From assembly GCA_037446495.1 (NCBI GenBank), contig JBBIIL010000010.1:1-60548 (forward strand): DNA of 60,548 nt, written 5' to 3'. Under the pieces are notes generated by a model. It was given only the letters and a program-made list of their open reading frames with translations, was not told the DNA's origin and searched no databases. Positions 56,270 through 60,548 of this stretch are shown piece after piece. Numbering within the stretch: position 1 is the stretch's first letter; each line of letters begins with the position of its first letter. A program made the position numbers and the translations under genes. The stretch is from Chloroflexota bacterium (lineage in GTDB: Bacteria; Chloroflexota; Limnocylindria; Limnocylindrales; CSP1-4).

Positions 56270-59185
56270 GTGCCGGCGAAGGTGCGCGCCCCCCTGACGG
56301 ACGCCCTGCCGCGCGAGCGCCTGGAGTCAACCTTCGCGGCCGCCGCCCATCGGCGCCTCGCATTCGTCATCGCGCCCGCTGGGTCGGGCAAGACAACGCT
56401 GCTGGCCCGCTACGCAGCCACTTGCGACGTCCCCGTCGCGTGGTACCGCGCCGAGGCGCTGGATCGTGACGAGCACGCGCTGGTCCGCCACCTCGAGGCG
56501 GCGCTCGTCCCCGTCCTGCCTGGCCTGCGCGGTGGCTGGAGCGTGGTTGACGACGTCGTCCGTGCACTCGAGGCCGGACCCGGTGGCCGGGCGGTCCTGG
56601 TGGTCGACGACTTCCACGCGCTCGAGGGGTCGGCTGCGGAGGCCGCCTTCGCCCGTCTGGTGGACTTCGCGCCGGCGTCGCTGTCGGTCCTCGTCGGTGG
56701 GCGGGTCACGCCGGGGCTCAACCTGAGCCGGATGCGGGTGGCCGGCGAGTTGCTCGAGATCGGCCCGGACGACCTGCGGTTCCGCGCGTGGGAGGTGGAG
56801 CAGCTGTACCGCGAGGTCTACCGCGACCCGGTGCCGCCGGGGATCCTGGCGGACCTGACGCGACGCACGGAGGGTTGGGCGGCGGGTCTCCAGCTGTTCC
56901 ACCTTGCCTCGGCCGGGAAGTCTGCGGACGAGCGGCGACGGCTGCTGGCGGGGGTCGGCCGGCAGAGCCGCATGGTGCGCGAGTACCTTGCGCGCAACGT
57001 GCTCGCCGAGCTGCCGGCCGACCTTCGCGAGTTCCTCCGTGCGACGTGCGTGCTCGGTCGCTTGTCCGGTCCACTGTGCGACCGGTTCCTGGGCTCGACG
57101 GGCAGTGAGGCGCTGCTGGAGGATCTGGTCCGGCGAGGTGTGTTCACGGTTCCGGTGGAGGACGCCGATGGCGTGTACCGGTACCACGAGGTCCTGCGCT
57201 CGTATCTCGACCGCCTGCTGGCGGGCGACTTGGGCGAGGCAGAGGCGCGCGCACGCTATGCCCGCGCGGCGGCGCTGCTCGAGGCCGACGGAGCCCTCGC
57301 CGAGGCGCTGACGGCGTGGTCGCGCGCCCAGGACTGGGATGCCGTTGACCGCCTCCTCCGCGTCCGCGGCGAGCGGCTGGTGGCGAGCGGCCACGGCTGG
57401 GTGGAGCGCCTGCCGCCCTCGCTGGTGCGCCATGAGCCGTGGCTGATGCTCGCGGCCGCGCGCCAGGCCCGCGCCGACGGGCGCTGGGGCTCGGCCCTCG
57501 AGTGGTATGCCCGGGCCGAGTCTGGGTTCGGCGCCGCAGTGCCGGCCACCGTCTGCCGGCAGGAGCGGACCGTCCTCACGGCATGGCTCGACCCGCAGAC
57601 ACCGATGCCGGCCCACTGGACCGGGCCGTTGCGGGCGGGCCTGGTGCGCGAGCCCGGTGCAATGGCGCGTGATGCCCACGCCGCCGACGAGCTCCACCGG
57701 CCGCTGGTCCGGGGCGTCCTGTGGCTGGCCGCCGGCAACCTCCCCGAGGCCGTGCGATGGCTCCGGATCGCCCGGGCCGAGTCGGGCCTCGACCCGACGC
57801 TCGACGCAGCCGCAGCGCTCTGCCTCGCCACGGCGCAGCTGCTGGCTGACGAGCCGGGCGCACTCGCAGCAGTGGCGGGGGCCGTTGAGCTGGCGGAGCG
57901 GGCGGGCGCGCGGTGGCTGGCCGGACTCGGCAGGGAGCTAGCCCAGCGGCGGACCCGCGTGAGCTCCGCGTCGGACCGGTTGGATCCCGCAGCGGACGAC
58001 GGGCTCGGCACCCCTGACGACCCGTGGGGCGCCGCGTTGGTCGGCCTCGCCGCGGCGTGGTTCGACGGTGCCGGGACGTCTCGCGAGGGAACGCCGGCCT
58101 CAGGGGCGGGCACTGACGCCCGGGTTGAGGCAGCCGAGGCGGCGGCGGTCGCGTTTCGTCGGCTGGGCTCAGGGGTGCTCGAGGCGTGGGCGCGAGGACT
58201 CGCCGCACTGGCGGGCGTCGGTGGCGACGCCGACGCGGCCCGTGATGCCGCCCTGGGTGCCGAGGCGCTGGCGCGCACGGCCGGTGCCGCTGGCGCGCGA
58301 CTGCCGGCGTACCGCGCCCTCGAGTGCGTCGACCCGGTCCGCGCCGGCGACTACGCACAGCTGGCAGCGGGCGTCGAGGCGGAGACGGGCCTCGCGCTGC
58401 CGGGTCCCAGGCCGGCTCACGCCACGCCGGTGGCGGGTGAGGACGTCGCGATGAGGGACGCCTCGCGGGCGCCGGTGCGCATCTCGACCCTGGGCGGGTT
58501 CGTGATCGAGGTGGACGGGGAGGCGCTGGACCTGTCGCCTCTCAAGCCCCGGGCCCGTGCGCTGCTGCACCTGCTGGCCATCCACGCCCCCAAGGCGGTC
58601 CACCGCGAGGTCCTGCAGGACGCGCTCTGGCCCGACGCGGACCCTGCCACCGGCGCGCGCAGCCTGCAGGTGTGCGTGTCGGCGATCCGGGGCGTGCTGG
58701 CGTCCGGTGGTCCCTCGCTGGCGGTGGCCCGGGACGGCGACGCCTATCGGCTGGTTGCCCCCGACGACGCGCTCGACCTGCGGCGCGTGGGGCGGGCGGT
58801 GGCCGAGGCGCGGGAGGCCGAGGCTCGCGGCGAGGCCGTCGCGGACCGGTACCTCGCAGTGCTCGACCAGCTCGATGCGGAGCTTCTCCCGGAGGACGGC
58901 CCAGCCGACTGGGTGATCGAGCGGCGCGAGCAGCTCCAGGCGGCGGGCGTGGCGGCCGCCGTCTCGGCGGCGCGGGGGGCGCTGGCGGCAGGGGACCACG
59001 AGGCCGCGGTGCGCGCGTGCAGGGCGGGCCTTGCGCTCGACCGCTTCCACGACCCCCTCTGGCGATTGCTGATCGAGACCGACGACCGGGCTGGCGATGC
59101 CGGGGCGGCCAGCCGCGACCGCCGCCACTACGAGGCGGTGCTGGCCGGGCTTGGCGCGGGCGACGAGGGGTCGGTCGCCCGGTAG
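56270..59185 (+). CDS. MalT-like STAND ATPase regulator with C-terminal SARP module (wHTH plus BTAD)
   Basis: ORF 56108..59185. I prefer GTG 56270 because VPAKVRAPLTDALPRERL mimics the MalT N-terminus. Walker A APAGSGKTTLL, Walker B VLVVDDFH, MalT-type TEGWAAGLQL, and a helical-repeat middle. The C-terminal part runs VRISTLGGFVIEVDG...LLHLLAIHAPKAVHREVLQDALWPD then a BTAD-like helical domain. Confidence 0.8.
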   Translation: MPAKVRAPLTDALPRERLESTFAAAAHRRLAFVIAPAGSGKTTLLARYAATCDVPVAWYRAEALDRDEHALVRHLEAALVPVLPGLRGGWSVVDDVVRALEAGPGGRAVLVVDDFHALEGSAAEAAFARLVDFAPASLSVLVGGRVTPGLNLSRMRVAGELLEIGPDDLRFRAWEVEQLYREVYRDPVPPGILADLTRRTEGWAAGLQLFHLASAGKSADERRRLLAGVGRQSRMVREYLARNVLAELPADLREFLRATCVLGRLSGPLCDRFLGSTGSEALLEDLVRRGVFTVPVEDADGVYRYHEVLRSYLDRLLAGDLGEAEARARYARAAALLEADGALAEALTAWSRAQDWDAVDRLLRVRGERLVASGHGWVERLPPSLVRHEPWLMLAAARQARADGRWGSALEWYARAESGFGAAVPATVCRQERTVLTAWLDPQTPMPAHWTGPLRAGLVREPGAMARDAHAADELHRPLVRGVLWLAAGNLPEAVRWLRIARAESGLDPTLDAAAALCLATAQLLADEPGALAAVAGAVELAERAGARWLAGLGRELAQRRTRVSSASDRLDPAADDGLGTPDDPWGAALVGLAAAWFDGAGTSREGTPASGAGTDARVEAAEAAAVAFRRLGSGVLEAWARGLAALAGVGGDADAARDAALGAEALARTAGAAGARLPAYRALECVDPVRAGDYAQLAAGVEAETGLALPGPRPAHATPVAGEDVAMRDASRAPVRISTLGGFVIEVDGEALDLSPLKPRARALLHLLAIHAPKAVHREVLQDALWPDADPATGARSLQVCVSAIRGVLASGGPSLAVARDGDAYRLVAPDDALDLRRVGRAVAEAREAEARGEAVADRYLAVLDQLDAELLPEDGPADWVIERREQLQAAGVAAAVSAARGALAAGDHEAAVRACRAGLALDRFHDPLWRLLIETDDRAGDAGAASRDRRHYEAVLAGLGAGDEGSVAR

Positions 59186-59190
59186 CGGCG

Positions 59191-60548
59191 TCAGCCTTTC
59201 GCGAAGACCTCAATCTCGGAGATCACGAGCGGCTGGTCGGCCGGCCCGTACGACTCTGTCACCGTGATCGTGAAGCTGTCGATCCCGCTCCTGTCGAGGT
59301 TGACCGTCTGCTTCCCGTTGTCGTCCTTGAGGCTGACCGTCGCGGACGACCCGTCTGGGAAGTTGAGCAGGAGCGTCTTGGGCCGGCGGAACGCGGTGAA
59401 GTTGTCCGACGCCCCCGAGTAGATGATCAGGGCGCCCAAGTTGAACGTGTGGTCAAACTTGACCGTCGCGGAGGGCTGCTGGCCGCTCGCCCGCCAGTCC
59501 GTGTTCGCGTACTTGTCGAACATCTGCGTCACCGGGTGGCCGGCGAGCTGGTCGCTGGTCGTGACCGAGACCGGCCGCACGGGGTCGAGCTTGGGGTTCA
59601 CGATCCGAGTGATGGCGCCCGCAGCGCCGCTCACCGCCGAGTTGACCGCGCCTTGGAACGACGGCAATGCCACATAGCCCGCCAGCGACGCGACGATCGC
59701 GAGCACGACGATCGCCGAGATGATCCGTCCGATTCGCGAGCCGCCGCCAGCCGCCTTGGCGGCCTCGCTCGACATCGACTTCGTCCGCTCGCCGGCCGCG
59801 TACTGCTTCGGCTCACGCCGGAGGAGGCGCTTCCACCAGGGAACCTTCTTTGCACCGACAATCTGGGCGTTGACCAGCGTGGTGCCGCAGCGGCGACAGA
59901 ACTTGCGCGACGGGTCGTTTGCCTCACTGCAGTTGACGCAGATGCGGTCGCCGGGCTGGGCCTCACGGCTAACGACGGCGGCCCCGGCTGCGGTCCGCGG
60001 CTGCACGACCGGGGCGCTGGGGAGGCGCGCGGCGGGCTGGTCGGGTTGCGGCACAGGTGGCCGTGCCACCGGCGGCGCAGGAGCTGCGGCCGCCGGCTGC
60101 ACCGGGCCAGGCTGGGCGGGCTTCGCCGGGGCTGGCTCGGCCGTGACGGGATGGGGCGGGACCGATGGCGGCGCGGCTGGGCCGGGTTGGTTCGTCGGCG
60201 CCGCCGGGACAGCGCCCCAGAGCGCGCCCGAACTCGGTTTGGCAGGTGCCGGTACGGGTACGGGCGACTGTGGTGTCGGCTCGGTCGCCGGGGCGGTCGG
60301 GGCAGGACCCCACTGAGAGCCCGGGGCGAATCGACCCGGCGCCGGCGGCGGCGGCGCTGTCGGCGGGGATACCGCGTCGGCTGCGGCCAGCGATCCAAGG
60401 GTGATGGCCGCCGACTTCGACGGGCCGCCGCGCCGCGGCGGCGGGATCGCGGCCCGCCGCTGCTCCTCGGCCTCGTCCGCCTGGCGCTGCTGCTCGGCCT
60501 GCCGTGCGGCCTCCTCGTCGGCCCGCAGCTGGTCGGCGGCGTGGCGCG
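59191..60548 (-). CDS. Zinc-ribbon / single-TM protein with C-terminal beta-sandwich (discoidin-like) domain; 5' end probably outside the window
   Basis: ORF 59191..60102 starts at a GTG, but the same frame stays open with no stop up to the window edge (RHAADQLRADEEAARQAEQQRQ..., a Pro-rich linker). It has zinc ribbon CVNCSEANDPSRKFCRRCG and TM helix IISAIVVLAIVASLAGYVAL. The lower-GC C-terminal domain ends ISEIEVFAKG. Confidence 0.65.
   Translation of the reverse strand, partial: RHAADQLRADEEAARQAEQQRQADEAEEQRRAAIPPPRRGGPSKSAAITLGSLAAADAVSPPTAPPPPAPGRFAPGSQWGPAPTAPATEPTPQSPVPVPAPAKPSSGALWGAVPAAPTNQPGPAAPPSVPPHPVTAEPAPAKPAQPGPVQPAAAAPAPPVARPPVPQPDQPAARLPSAPVVQPRTAAGAAVVSREAQPGDRICVNCSEANDPSRKFCRRCGTTLVNAQIVGAKKVPWWKRLLRREPKQYAAGERTKSMSSEAAKAAGGGSRIGRIISAIVVLAIVASLAGYVALPSFQGAVNSAVSGAAGAITRIVNPKLDPVRPVSVTTSDQLAGHPVTQMFDKYANTDWRASGQQPSATVKFDHTFNLGALIIYSGASDNFTAFRRPKTLLLNFPDGSSATVSLKDDNGKQTVNLDRSGIDSFTITVTESYGPADQPLVISEIEVFAKG

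Noticed and set aside
56270-59185. STAND ATPase as an Avs-like antiphage sensor.
   Set aside because: The N-terminus and TEGWAAGLQL signature are MalT/LAL-regulator-like. The output is a DNA-binding wHTH-BTAD module, not a nuclease, protease or other killing effector.

Overview
Very GC-rich bacterial chromosomal segment (about 70% GC or more, estimated by eye). All family calls come from reading motifs in the supplied translations; no searches were run. The core gene order looks actinobacterial: rplM-rpsI ... glmM-glmS-acpS-nnrD-alr ... tsaE-tsaB-rimI-tsaD-rsmA ... ispE ... glmU ... recO. I call about 55 protein genes. They are tightly packed, with many 4-nt start/stop overlaps. I saw no rRNA, tRNA, CRISPR array, transposase or integrase. 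Positions 1-27 kb form one long plus-strand housekeeping array that includes a Firmicute-style cdaA-cdaR-glmM c-di-AMP module. Positions 31.5-47.7 kb are the accessory-looking part. This part holds an orphan HPr gene and a minus-strand eight-gene glycerol/dihydroxyacetone operon, glpF-dhaK-dhaL-glpK-dhaM-glpA-glpB-glpC. Next to that operon is a second dhaM-dhaL pair with no dhaK. It is divergently transcribed from a third DhaL-like gene that is translationally coupled to a soluble GAF-PAS histidine kinase and an OmpR-type response regulator. That DhaL-kinase-regulator unit is my best candidate for an undescribed signalling system linking PTS/DhaL nucleotide state to a two-component system. Other points worth a second look: a four-gene insertion (variant macro domain plus three unknown proteins) between alr and tsaE; a MalT-like STAND ATPase with a C-terminal SARP module (wHTH plus BTAD, a reversed AfsR-type order); perfect direct repeats in two spacers between convergent genes; strong hairpins between cistrons of the glycerol operon; and a recurring TANNNT box 6-10 nt upstream of start codons, which suggests leaderless mRNAs. 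The rest is housekeeping or central metabolism: glyQS, an NfnAB-like pair, a ferredoxin-NADP reductase and ppdK. Many long ORFs in the track are antisense or out-of-frame artefacts of the high GC content, and I rejected them.
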